From positions 14,756,001 through 14,820,000 of the forward strand of contig NC_134025.1 in assembly GCF_964204645.1 (NCBI RefSeq): a DNA stretch of 64,000 nucleotides. The letters run 5' to 3'. Under the pieces are notes generated by a model, which was not told the DNA's origin, did not search any database, and saw only the letters and a list, made by a program, of their open reading frames with translations. Below, piece after piece: positions 26,009 to 39,500 of the stretch (position 1 is the first letter of the stretch; the number at the start of each line of letters is the position of its first letter). The translations under genes and the position numbers were made by a program. Origin of the DNA: Tubulanus polymorphus. Lineage: Eukaryota; Animalia; Nemertea.

Positions 26009-29000
26009 ATGGCGCTCATTCCTGTTGAATTGGCGCCGCTGCAGCCGTTTGATTGCCATGGTGAGTCGGCCAGTGCTGGTTCTCGCTGGAAAAGATGGCG
26101 CTCTGCCTTTGAATATTTCGTCGTAGCGAAAGGTGTTTTCAATAATGAACAGAAAAAAGCCTTATTGCTCCATAGTGCCGGTACGGACGTCCAGGATGTT
26201 TTCAGAACTTTGCCAGAAGTCCCTGCATTACCGCTACCCCAGCAAGAGGGCGTTGAAGACGATTGTTACCAGAAGGCTTTGCGTGCATTAGATAATTACT
26301 TTGCACCAAAAATGAATATTCCCTATGAACGACACGTCTTCAGACAGCTAAAACAGAAACAGGATGAAACCGTTGATACTTTTGTAACAAGACTGAGGCG
26401 ACAGGCCCAGAATTGCGAGTTTGGTGATGTCTGCGATGAGCAGATCCGCGATTAAGTCATTGACTGTTGTGTCTCAACGGTGCTTCGGAGGAAGGCTCTT
26501 CAAAGAGGTCAAGGGCAAGCCCCCTTAACGTTGAATCAGTTGCTCGAATTAGCCAGGAGTCTAGAAGCAATGGACCATCAGTCCCGCCAGATGGAAGGAA
26601 AAGTAGCTGTTGGCGAAGTTAATCGCATTCGTATGCACGGCAACAGATCGGAGATAGGTGAAAAACCTAGACGTGATATCGGACAAGCCAAGGGTCAGAA
26701 ACGTAAATGTTTTCGCTGTGGTCGTGAAGGGCATGAGTCGAAAGATCCAATCTGTCCAGCTAGAGATAAAACGTGTAATATGTGTCACCTGAAGGGACAT
26801 TTCGCTGTGATGTGCAAAACTAAAAAAAAATCACAGAAAGATTTCCGTGTAAAAACTAGTAAATCGGCAAAAGTGAACCAGGTCCATGAGGAAACCGATG
26901 ATTATGCCTTTTCCGTGAATCATGGTTGCGATAACCTCGAGAGTGGAACGCTACACGTAAATGTTGGAGGAGTTATGATAAAAATGCTCATTGACTCGGG
27001 TTCCACAACAAATATAATCAGCAGAGAAACGTGGCGTTATTTAAAGAAGCAGCGTGTAGTACGTGTTTCCGAAAAAACAACAAAACTACTGTATCCGTAT
27101 GGATCACGAGATCCTCTCACGACAATGGGAAAATTTTCGGCTGACGTTCAAATTGGTAGGAGGAAAATAAACGCCAATTTTACCGTAGTTAATCTAATTG
27201 GTCGTTCCTTGCTTGGAAAGGAGACAGCCGAAAAATTAGGAGTGCTCAAAGTAGGCACCGTAGCTTCAGAGTCGGACGTCAATCAAGTGAAGATGTCAGC
27301 GGACATCGACGAAATGAAGAAACGTTTCCCCTCCGTGTTCCAAGGGATCGGGAAATTAAAAGGTTACCAGGCGTCGATTCATATAGATACTTCGGTTAAG
27401 CCCGTTGCGCAACCTACGCGTCGTATTCCGTTTAGTATGCGAGATAAACTAGAGGTGAAAATTAATGAACTTCTACGCAACGATATTATTGAGCCAGTCG
27501 AGGGTCCTACCCCCTGGGTAAGCCTCATTGTTATTATTCCGAAAAAGAACGGCGATATACGCCTATGTGTCGACATGAGGCAGGCTAATAAGGCTGTAGT
27601 TCGCGAAAGGCACCCTATTCCGACAGTGGATGAACTTTTGGAGCGTATGAATGGAAGTACGGTTTTCAGTAAGTTGGATTTAAAATCAGGGTTTCATCAG
27701 ATTGAGTTGGATGAACTGTCACGCATAATTACAACATTTTCGACACATCTCGGACTGTTTCGTTATAAACGCTTGATGTTCGGAATAAGTTCCGCTCCGG
27801 AGAAATTTCAGAGGATAGTTCAGCAGGTTGTTGCTTCGTGCGAAGGTTGTGAGAATATCTCCGATGATTTGATCGTCCACAGTCAAGGTCAAGAACAACA
27901 CGATCGTAGGTTGATGTTCGTTCTTCTAAAATTGGAGGAAAAGGGACTTACAGTAAATGACAAGTGTCTATTTAGATTGCCCGAATTGGAGTTTATGGGG
28001 CATTTATTTTCGAGACACGGGATTTCCCCAACCGAAGAACGTGTACAGGCCGTTAGACAGGCTCGCAGACCAGAATCAGTTCAAGAAGTTCGAAGCTTTT
28101 TGGGTCTTGTGAACTTTTGTCACCGTTGCATTCCAAATCTTGCGACACGCGCTGAACCATTACGTAGGTTAACACGTCAGGATGAAAAGTTCGAGTGGCG
28201 TGACGAACAGGAAGTCGTTCAACGATCTTATAGATGCGCTAAGTAATACTGATACTTTAGCCTATTTCCGAAGAGGCGCTGACACTGAAATAATTGTGGT
28301 CGCTAGCCCGGTCGGTTTGGGAGCCATATTGGTTCAAATCCAAGATAGCGTGAAACGCGTTATAGCTTATGCTAGTCGCAGTCTGACTCGTTGTGAATGC
28401 AGATATTCGCAGACCGAGAAAGAGGCTCTCGGAATCGTCTGGGCGTGCGAACGTTTCCATGCCTACCTTTACGGGACTCATTTTACTATTGCTACAGATC
28501 ACAAGCCTCAGGTGTTTATTTACTCGGAGAGGTCAAAACCGTCTGCCCGTATAGAGCGTTGGGTATTGCGTCTACAACAATTTGATTTCGTCGTTCGACA
28601 TATCCCTGGAAAACAGATGACTGCAGATGCGCTGTCGAGGTTACCGGATAGGGCGAAGGAATGCGAAACGGAAGATAGCGAAACTGAAGATTTCGTGCGT
28701 TTTATCGCTCAAGAGGCGACAACGCGTGCGTTAAAAATCCTTGAAATTGAACGAGAATCTGCTGTAGATGAAAAACTGTGCGTTGTTCGAAATTGTGTTC
28801 AATCTCGGGATTGGAGAAACTGCCCCTCAGATTTCAAACCCGTAAGAAATGAACTGTGTGTCGTAGGAAAGTTACTTTTACGTGGATGGCGATTAGTCGT
28901 ACCTCAGACTTTGCGTAAACAAGTAGTCGATTTGGCCCACGAGGGACACCAAGGCTTGGTCAAAACGAAAGAAAGGTTGAGGTCTAAGGTGTGGTGGCCA

Positions 29001-30075
29001 GGGCTTGACAGAGACGTCAAGTCGCGTTGCCGTTCCTGTCAGGGGTGTCAACTTGTGAGCCAGCCATCACATCCCGAGCCGATAAAACGAATCGAATTGC
29101 CCACAGCCGCGTGGCAAGATACTGCCGCTGATTTACTGGGACCGATGCCCGGCGGTGAATATGTACTAGCGGTTGTAGATTACTTTAGTAGGTATTTCAT
29201 AGTGGCGATAATGACCGAAATAACGTCCGAGAAGGTTATCGAAGAGCTGGAGAAAATGTTTGCCGTAATTGGGCTTCCGCTCTCGTTGAAAACCGATAAT
29301 GGGAGACAGTTTGTCTCCAAGGAATTTGAATCGTTTTTGCAAATAAACGGAATCGAACATCGTTTAAGCACTCCGTTGTGGCCACAGGCCAACGGTGAAA
29401 TTGAAAGACAAAATCGTTCCATGTTGAAAGCAATGCGTATTGCACATGCGTGAATTGTATAAGTTCTTGTTGGCGTACAGAACGACTGCACACTCAATCA
29501 CCGGTGCTACGCCAGCGAAACTTATGTTCGGTCATGAAATTCGATCAAAACTGCCTCAATATTCCGATGAAAAACGTCAAAGAGAACTCGCAGTTCGTGA
29601 TCGAGATGCGGAATTGAAACAGAAAGGAAAAGATTACGCTGATATCCGCAGAAATGCGCGCACTAACGATATGTCAGTCGGTGACATGGTTTTGATGAAA
29701 GGTCCGAAACAAAACAAACTTTCAACGAAATTTGTCGAGAAACCATTCCGAGTGGTTGATAAGACTGGTAGTGAAGTTACCGTCGAATCGTTAGATGGAA
29801 ACTGTTATAAGCGTAACACTGCGCATCTTCGTAAATTCGTAGAACCAACTGTTCTGCTAGAACAGTATCGGGATACAACAAAACAGCCGGAACCAGATAT
29901 TGAACTGGATAATGTACCGGATCCGTTCGTTGACGTTGAATTGGAAATCGACTCAAATTCTGACGGTAACAAAGACTCAGTGCCGCACGAGTCTACTCCG
30001 CCAAGGCGCTCTGGTAGAGTTAAGTTTGTTCCCGAACAATTCAAAGATTACGAACTGAATTTCTGTTGTGGTTAA
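26009..30075 (+). pseudogene. gag-pol: Gypsy gag-pol polyprotein with a premature stop and frameshifts
   Basis: Gag; two CCHC knuckles; protease IDSGS; RT motifs LCVDMR, DLKSGFHQ and ISDD; RNase H ASPVGLGA and EKEAL; integrase HHCC, DLLG, TDNG and NGEIER. Stop at 26453, frameshifts near 28215 and 29445. Confidence 0.95.
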
Positions 30076-30447
30076 TTATTTAATTGGACCTTGATCTTAA
30101 AAGGGCAAAATAACCCCTGGTCTAGGGCCAGAGTCTCTGGGTAGTCTACCCCATTGATTTGTGCAAGGTTTTTGATTTGTTATTCGTGTTTATTCTGAAC
30201 TCATTTGATGTTAATCTTTCTTAACGTGTACTTAAATTTAAGTTCATTTCCTTAGGTAGACATATTTTTGGGAATTTTAGTCATTTTGAAGGATTTGTTA
30301 AAAGTTCTAGGAGATTTAGAGGTTGAATTTTGTGTTTCAGTCTTTTGGAAAGGATTCTTATAATTCTTTGATCTAATATAACATTGATGTGTTTCTCTCC
30401 TATCTTAAAAGTTTGATAGGGTAGTTTTTATCTAGAAGGGGAGGGAT

Positions 30448-30614
30448 TGTAGTGTTTATGTATTGTTGTACGTTTCGTGCTGTGTGTTATTCGAGTTTGT
30501 GAGTTACATTCGACCGGAAGAGGTCTTGAGGAGAATAAAGCATGGCTGATCCGTAATTCTATGTGTTGACTTGGTGTATGGTTTAATCCGGCCTGATCAA
30601 GGCGAAATACGACA
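30448..30614 (+). repeat. 3' LTR of the Gypsy element
   Basis: Direct repeat of 25779-25945. Confidence 0.95.
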
Positions 30615-31218
30615 ATCGGCAAACATAATAAGATAAAAGAGTTTAGAAACTTTATCAATATCATTGATGTACAATAGAAAAAGAATTGGTCCCAAAATAG
30701 AACCTTGTGAGACTCCACATGTTACTGGACAAGGTTTTGAAATAGTGTAATTAAGAGAAACCATCTGCCTATCAGATAAATAGTCTTTAACTCTTTCAGC
30801 ACCCCATCGACTTTCGTCGACTGATTATTTCAGGTCATACAGTGCCCTGTCAACTTTCATTGACATTGCTTACAGCAGTTTTATTTTTAGTTTTTCACAT
30901 AGAATTCAGCAAAGAAACCTGCCACTAGATGGCTTGATTAAACGGCAGCGCCCATTAGTTTGTTTTTAAGCTGCGTTTTTGTGGTGTTGCAAAATATTTG
31001 AGTTTTGTGTGTTTGAAAGTAGTGGGTACCTATCCGTAGGCCACGCGATCTAATTATAAGCCCATTTTCTAATCATAATTACACATATGATTTATATTAC
31101 TGACAGTACACATAGAAAATTCCATTGTCAACTGTTAGCTGAGGCTAGATACATGGCCTCTCTATATCATGTAATACGCCGTCAAAGAGCATATCGGTCT
31201 AAGATAGCTTTAAATGTT

Positions 31219-33215
31219 CCCTTACAAACAATTCATATGTTTTGTGTGAATAACACACATTACATGTGTGAAAGGTGTGAAAGACACAAAAAAACATGTG
31301 ATTCCTGCCATCACACGTGTGATCTATCTTGTGGAGCCTATGACATGTGTGAATAACACATGATCACACGTGTGATTGTGAAATACATGTGTGATTCACA
31401 CATGCGATTGGCTCAACAACACAGATCACATGTGTAACCGCTGGGATCACACATGTCATAGAATAACACATGTGATTAACATCAGTTATTCCAATCTGCA
31501 ACACGTGTGATTGTACATGTGATCACTTCGGATATGAACCATTCCAATGTTGGTTCCAAATTTTGAATATCTGCATTTTTGTCATGAGTCCATTTTGGAA
31601 TAAAAATATTTCCATAACTGTACTCATTATTTCAACATTTTCAACACATACGTGGTTAGATTTTATGCTGCACCTACTGTGCAAAAACCTAGTATGTCCA
31701 TTCCTAGATTGTATTTTCATTCGGCTAAATTAATAAAATAGGGTTATTATATATTTTTGCATTTGGTGTTGAGTTTACAAAATATATTTATTCAAAAAAG
31801 ACTTCGAAAAATTATCAGGTATTTACGGGATTCGAACCGTTCACGATGGCTAACAAAGGACTGGGAATGAGCATGCAGGCAAGCACGGCGCCATTTGCAA
31901 TTATTTCGAGGAGGTTTTTGCTGATTTTAGTCAATTTTCATGGTTAATTTCTTAGTTCCAACAGTCCGGTGTTTGAATTCAAGCTCCAAGGCAAGTATTA
32001 TTGTGTTTCATCAAATATTTATGGTCGACGATGATGATTGAATTTACTGTAATCGGTAAAATCTGTGGCGTGTGCTGAATCAATTAAACCAAATTCCTCG
32101 AAACTTTATTTGATGCATGGCAAAGTACAACATATCCATGCCTAGCTTTTTCAAGTAGGCCTAGATTACACCATGAACTCTTTTTAAATCACAATCCGTC
32201 CAGTCATGAAAAAGACGCTCGTTTGCATACTATACTAATGATTCTTTAACATTAAACTGAATGATCAGGTATTGAACAGTAGTTGCCAATTCTTTCTACA
32301 TAATCACTTAAAAATGAAAATGGAATTTTCCATTATTAATTTAGGGAGTGAGTACATACATTTCCTTGAGTAGTGATTTATGTATATGAAAAATGAAATG
32401 TATGCTTTCAGCCGGAACAAATTACAGAACAAGAAGTCGAGAGTCATGTTATGGTAGGTGTGACCAGATGATTGATATTAGGGATATTGATTTATTGGTT
32501 TATTGTATGGAATTGTGTGCAATATTAAAATGTTTTATAAATTTGTTTCATTCCAGATCTATGTTTTGAAGTATAGATCGGGGGTTACCGCAGTCGAAAT
32601 AAGAGAGAAAATTGGACAAAACCTGAAACAGCATAAATCGACGAAGTAAATCTGCAAATATTTGAAAATAAAATTCCCATTAACATGTACACAAGTGAGT
32701 TATTACATTTGGTCGGTAATTTTGAAACCACATTTCGTTTTGCCGTTATGTGGATCTCCTATCAGGCAATGGGTTTTTAGGAAATTGTGAAGTTTGGATA
32801 AAACATCATGTCCAGAGAAAGAAGTGGTAAAATTTTGACCATTATGATTGTGTATTTATACTTCTTAGTGAATACATTCGTGTGGAACAATGAGGACGAC
32901 TGCAGATCACATGGGTTATAAATCACACATGACTGTGTTATATGACATGTGTGATTCACATTCAGGGCTGTATCATACGTGTGATTCACATGTGCAAAAA
33001 TGGGACAATTTCACACGTGTGATGCAGCTTGAATGGGAATCACATGTGTGATTCACATGTGTAAAAAATGGGACAAAATCATACGTGTGATTCACATACA
33101 GGGCTGTATCCCACGTGCGATCTTTTAGATCACACGTGTGATAATGTCCCATTTTTACACACGTGAATCACACATGTTTTAAAAAAAAATCAAATGCGTG
33201 ATTTTTTTGTAAGGG
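31219..33215. mobile_element. EnSpm/CACTA-like non-autonomous element
   Basis: TIRs cccttacaaa / tttgtaaggg, TT on both sides (2-bp TSD), and dense palindromic subterminal repeats (tcacacatgtgtga-type) at 31240-31525 and 32900-33205. Confidence 0.65.
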
Positions 33216-33867
33216 TTAAACTACCCTGAGTATACAGCTGTAAGAAGTAAAATTTGGAGATTAAATCCAGTAATTGGTTTAAATAATAAAGTATACATAA
33301 TATACTTTCACACATGTAGGAAGAACAAAACAAATAATGTAGCTGCGTAGCAGCGATAACGGTTTCTGCCTTACTGGTTCATATATCGCACTAGGAAGCG
33401 TCATCGAAATAATTCTTATCAGTCCATAACATATGACTTATTTCCGAAGCTTGAATGTGAATCACATGTGTGATTCATATGTGTAAAAAATGGGACAAAA
33501 TCATACGTGTGATTCACATACAGGGCTGTATCACACGTCCGATCTTTTAAATCACACGTGTGATAATGTCCCATTTTTACACACGTGAATCACACATGTT
33601 TTTTTAAAAATCAAATGTGTGATTTTTTTGTAAGGGTTAAACTGCCCTGAGTATACAGCTGTAAGAAGTAAAATTTGGAGATTAAATTTAATAATTGGTT
33701 TAAATAATAAAGTATACATAATATACTTTCACACATGTAGGAAGAACAAAACAAATAATAAAGCTGCGTAGCAGCGATAACGGTTTCTGCCTAACTGGTT
33801 CATATATCGCACTAGGAAGCGTCATCGAAATAATTCTAATCAGTCCATAACATATGACTTCCGAAGC
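33026..33867. repeat. Tandem duplication of ~422 bp
   Basis: 33026-33447 is repeated at 33448-33867 and spans the EnSpm-like end plus its flank; AGC microhomology at the junction. Confidence 0.9.
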
Positions 33868-36172
33868 GCAACCTGGATCAACAGTATGCTGGATACCGTA
33901 TTTTCCGGCCAATAAGCCGAAGGCAGTTTTTTAGCCTAAAATACATGGATTTCATAAAGCTTCGCCCAATAAGCCGAGGCCCTTCATCAGAGATTTTAAT
34001 TCACTGATTTGTCAATTAGTTCGTCTTAATTGACGATTTAAGAGGCTGACAGTAGCGCCCGCCGATGTGTGAGAGTGCTGTGTATACTATCATCGCCGAG
34101 TGACTGTGCTATATATAGAATCACTCAGCTGATTACTATACACACAGCCATACACGCAGTACGCGGCTCACTGCTGATTTGCATATATACTAATGTATGA
34201 ACTGACACGTGGTAGTACGATGAACTCGCGCATTATATAAATGTATACCATTGCCGCTGTGCGGTGATGGAACAATCAAAGTAAAAAGAAAATAGTTCAA
34301 AATAGATTATAATTGGTAGTAAATAATGACCTCAAATAAATATCGACCACTTTTCTTGATTTTGACGATCATTGAGAGCATTAGAGTGGCATAGATCGGG
34401 AAGTGATTTTTATGTCAGATCGTATCCGCCCAATAAGCCGATCACAATATTTTGGGTAAACATCTGAGGCTAGAAAATCGGCTTATTGGCCGGAAAATAC
34501 GGTATGTGGATCCAGCTACATACAAGGGCTACTAAAAAGTATTGATGTTCCAAAATGGCTTTGTAACCGAAGATATGGTTCTTTCAACACCCCCTTGTGG
34601 CAGTTGCATGAACTAGTCTGTCCCACATGCTCTCCTGGCGCGTTTTGATCCATAATTTCGTTAATACTAGGTTGATCTACCTTAATGCATCAATTTGTTC
34701 AGTGAGGAATTTGCATTCAGAAATAAACAACGATTTTTAACAATGTTGTTTTTGTTTTCATTTATCAGTGACAGTTTACATATTGCACATATGTTTGAAC
34801 TATAACAACATTGAAAACGAAAGTATACTCAACGAACATTGATTTACTTCAATCACAAAGAGGGAATCATAGGTAACAATGTTATTGCATTGTCGGGATT
34901 CGAACATCAGACCTGCCAACATTGAGTTTGACTATGTCTGAACAATTCACAATTTTGCCAGTAACATATAGGAGTTTCTCAGTAACATCCCCATTTTGAC
35001 AGATTACGCAATGGTACAAAAATGTCTGAATGTACTTTCCAAATTAGCCCGTAACGTATTGGAGTTTCCCAGTAACAGCACTGGTATCCCGCAATAACAC
35101 GGATTTGGTAACGAAGGGTAACTTGGTAACTTGATAGTCTGGTTAAAATTTCTGGAGCCTTCTGGGAACAGGCGACGGCTTCATCATCAGCCGATAGAAC
35201 AGCGATTTCCAATTCACTATAGTTCCTATCGTCCATTTTCCTTACTTCGCGTTCTACAGAAACAGAACAAAACATAGCCTACTTGGGTTTTTCGAAGAAA
35301 CTTGCCACAGTAAGCACACTGATAAATGATAAGCAGGTGGCGTCACATGTCGGCTGGGGTTTGTGCTATCAAATATTTTTATCGCCGCTGACGAACTCAA
35401 ACCCGTAATTTATTAGACATAAAACAGAACATCGTAACGTTTACAGTTCAATCATGTTTTATAGAACCAAAACAGAACAACGTAACATTTCATTTGTTCC
35501 ACTGTATTTTTTTCTGATCGGAACGCCGAATTATCGACATACCAAACCTAACGCATTACGGCGAAACCGCTACGGTTGGAAGGTCTGGAACATGATGTGA
35601 CATCAACTGCGGAGATGTCTTAGAAGCGATCTAGGTAATGTTGAGTTAATCTGCAAAATGGAAGATATACTGGTGGTACAAAATGGCGGCAATAGATGAA
35701 ACAGAAATGGGAAATGACGGATCGGGACTTATATCAGTTCGATAACGTGATTTGCGAAAACATAATGGCAGCTTTTTGAATCGCTCATAAATGAATCAGA
35801 GAGCGAGAATTGACGTGTTCGGGCTATTGCGAGTCCAAATCTGTGATTTACAGTTGAGTTGACGCTCAAGGTCGTCTGGTAATTATAGGCTTTTCAGGGT
35901 GCACTTTTATCAATGGATGATTATTCTTGTCGCCGTTTAGACCCGGTAATTACACAGGATTAATTCATAATAAATTACTATACGCAAATTCGAAATGGTC
36001 AGGCGCTGAGTTAAATTTCTGACAGAATTGAAAATTACGTTTATAAGCTGTAGTCGAATCTGAGAGGAGTTACATTTTATGAAAATTTTTTTGCCTGGAA
36101 AGTGGAAATTTTATAATAATAATAATCAAGAGAATTACAAGAGGGTTTCTGCGAAAGCAGCAGAAACCCTAA
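33758..36172 (-). mobile_element. HINE family C, interrupted; extent inferred from the termini
   Basis: One end ataaagctgcgtagcagcgataacggtttctgcc (hairpin plus subTIR). The other end (aat)n...agggtttctgcgaaagcagcagaaaccctaa matches the 533-1022 monomer. Confidence 0.55.
33896..34502. mobile_element. Tc1/mariner (pogo/Tigger-like) MITE
   Basis: Perfect TIRs ccgtattttccggccaataagccga, TA TSD, and a related internal fragment inverted at ~55060-55260. Confidence 0.85.
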
Positions 36173-36548
36173 TAAATGTGAACCACAGATGAGAACGCCG
36201 ACCTTTGAAATCCGCTGGTATTTTTTAGTTACACACACGAACCAGCTGACAGCTGAATTTTAGAAATTAAAAGCATTTCCGGGCACTTCGAGAGCACTTT
36301 CTTGAACCCATGAACGACTTTCATATTTTGGAAAGTAATGGCTATTTCCATTCTATAACAATCAGCATCTCATGCATTATGGGTCGAGCCCTTAATTATT
36401 GCAGTTAAAATGCGCCGATGAATGCTCACAAAAATCATAGTGTATAATATCTGCAGGCGTGCGCCCCGTACATGCATGGCAAAAGAGGCCTACATTACTA
36501 CTGTTGCCGTGTGTGCGTGTCTGCAACCGATCGATAAAATAAATACAT

Positions 36549-39500
36549 TAGTCCGAAAGCCCAGAAACATTTGTTTCACATCTCGAGTAGAAAAGGTTTG
36601 AGGGCTGGAATAAATGCATCTATGATAGGAGACCCACAAAAGGCAATTCTTAAATTCTGCTATTCTGCACAACAACCAGGGGGCGCCACTAAAAACCCCA
36701 AAATGTGACTTAATTCACAATTCGAGTACATCTTTCAAACTTGTCTTCAATTGTTCTCTATATGAGTGGAAATCAGAAATCCAAATTCTTAAGTTTTGAA
36801 CTTGTGTAATAGGGCGCTTAAGCCAATTAAGCTAATTAACGCTAATTACCATTTTCAATTCACAATCTGAGTGCATCCATGAAACAAATGACAACGTATT
36901 CATGAGGTCACCCTTAATCAAGATCAGTCATTCTTAACTATCCATTTCATGTATTTACCCACTTAAGAATGAAAAATGTACTCATTGACCCCGCCCCGCG
37001 TCCCTGGCAAGGCGAGTGTTAATTCACAATTTGAGTACATCTTTCAAGTTGGTCTCAAAATGTTTTTCAAAATGTCTCAGATCATGATGAATTAAGGACA
37101 GCAATTCTTAAGTATAAATTTCATGGATAGACCAACTTAAGAATGCAATATAATAGTTATATCTAGAGGTAGTTGTCGGTATATCTGCTCTTTCCCGCCA
37201 TAGATTCTCTGAATCAGCTGCAGAATATCCGAAATGTCCGCAAACGTGGTAACCAATGCCATTTCGGTCAGTGTGTGTGTACTGTAATAAAAAGTTTTTG
37301 TTATAGCATTTGATCTGAAGCTTCCTCCATTGTTTACGTTGATTTAAGGAAGTCGCAGACATGATCTTCGTATTTATAAAATTCTTGTAAAATTACCTCA
37401 TTATGTGCAGCAGACTCAAACAATAATTTACTTTATTTCCTGAATTTGAAAGGATTTGGATCAATCAATAAATATTGGGGGATTCGGCGCATATTCTTAC
37501 ATGGCTTAAATAATTACAATGAAAAAGATAATGATATTCATCACCGACGCAATTGTTACATAGGGTACAAATACGTTCATCTCTATTTCTGTCCTATCCA
37601 GAGCTGCCAACCCCTGTAAATTGTTTTGAGGGACAGAGATCCTCATTTTTCGGGACAGCCATCAATTTTCAGGGACATCCAAAAATTTTAGCATTTCAGC
37701 TTTTTAACTTAAAATCTAGCTTTTATCTTATGCCCAGGTGAAGAGAGCTGCATCATGAATGAATGTTCCTTAAAATTCACGGACAGGAAACCTAACTCAA
37801 ATGTGTGGGAAAGTTAAGAACTGACTGCTAGCTCCACAGTGTTCACTTGCCATATTAAATCATTCCTGGGTACCGTCTGCTAGCGCCACAGTGTTCACTT
37901 GCCATATTATATCATGTCAGAGTACTGACTGCTAGCGCCACAGTAAACACTCGCCTTGTTATATTCACTCGCAACATATATCGGTTACATATACTGCTAG
38001 CGAAAAAGAGCAAACTTTCCATTGAAAACATTGAAATTAATAAAAACCATCACAATTTCTGTGACATAAGCTAATTGTTTGATAATCCGTGACATTTCAA
38101 TGCTTCCCGGGACAGCGGGACAGACGATAAAATTCTGTGACTGTCCCGCGAAATGCGGGAAGGTGGGCAGCTCTGCCTATCCCATCTCCCAGTTTCTATC
38201 GGAAACTTGTGGTTGCATGTTCTGAATTTCGTCAGGGTTACAATAAGGTTGTCTGGTATATTAGATTTAGAGTATCCTTCTAGTACGAAATCCGGCTTGA
38301 ATGAACCATAATACGAGCCTTTTGAAGAAAGTCACCCTGATATAAGTCACATATTTCATAATCATATAAATATATCTACAATTTCATAAGGAACGGTTCA
38401 TAATATTTCATATCTCTTAGTACATGGAAATGCTTAACAATAATACTAATATTAATATTGTAAATAACTTCTGAATATTTTATTAATATGTGCTTTAATT
38501 GTAATCAACATTTGACATTACTCAATATGTTTTCATAGTAATTAGCTCTAGTCATGTTTTCGATATTTTGCAACCATTTACAATTGATTAGGCCATAGAG
38601 AGCTTGATAGATTGCCCCCGATATATTTCCTTCACGGGTTGTAATAAGAGTTGCCCAATAAACAATAATTCGAGATTTGACCATTAAAGAAAGTGGTAGT
38701 CTTCCTGAAGTCTTCCGGAGTGCTTTTTCTTAGGCGTAAAACACGACGTAAAAATTCAGTATACGCTCAATAATGTCTAGATTGGAGAATCCTCAGATCT
38801 TGCAACTGCATAGCAAGATTGGCACTACTGTTTCATCGAATAATTTAAACTCAAAATAAAAACAAAATAAACACGCCTGGCCTTATAGGCCTTTCCAAAC
38901 AATACTACGCTGTAGGGTGTCCAAAGTTATGTACGCATACTGATTTCAGGTTAAAACCATAGCTGTGTAGTACGAGTACCCCGTACCAGGGAGTGTTGAA
39001 TTGTATGGTAAATAATGGGAGGGTATACAGAACTGACCGCTGATCAAGTTTTTTCCATTGCATATCATTGACAAACGATAAAATTTTCTATACGCAAATT
39101 TGCTACTTACAAAAACGGCTTCTCAAGCATTTTTCAGACAATGATTTGATAAAGCTACCATGGGATCAGCCACTTATACAATGCTTATGTCCAGCCTTCT
39201 GTTTTATCTTTGGAACGTAGATGTATTTCACATCCATGCCTATGGAAATCTACTGTCTGTTAAACATAATTGAACTTTTTCAATCTTCCGATCCTCAAAT
39301 TATTGATATTTTCAACTGGAGGAAGGATAAAAAATTTTAAAAGCTAAGAATATTCAATTTTTTTATATTCATTTCCAAAAAATAACGTCGGTGGATCCGT
39401 AACACATCAAAACAAAAAAGGACTGGACTAATTTTGACTAACCTTTAACATGTTTGAGGAAATATCGGATATTCTGCAGCCAATTCAGAGAATCTATGGC

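Larger units (their letters stand above)
25779..30614 (+). mobile_element. Full-length Ty3/Gypsy LTR retrotransposon (Mag-like), inactivated
   Basis: 167-bp TG..CA LTRs; ATCGG TSD at 25774-25778 and 30615-30619; PBS tggcgacgag at 25950; PPT agaaggggaggga at 30434; gag-PR-RT-RH-INT order. Confidence 0.97.
16700..30790 (-). pseudogene. CR1/L2-type LINE ORF2 3' part, split into six pieces by later insertions
   Basis: Pieces 30790-30620 (VTCGVSQGSILGPILFLLYINDI...MFAD), 25778-25703 (DDTN...RLSLN), 24456-24451, 21177-20817 (KT...TKFLGIQIDSSLNWKSHI), 19566-19512 and 17086-16700 (tail) join colinearly. Confidence 0.85.

Noticed and set aside
26453-26455. Programmed stop read-through between gag and pol
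   Set aside because: The TAA falls mid-gag in the conserved IRDQ(V/I) motif, before the zinc knuckles, so a CAA>TAA mutation is more likely.
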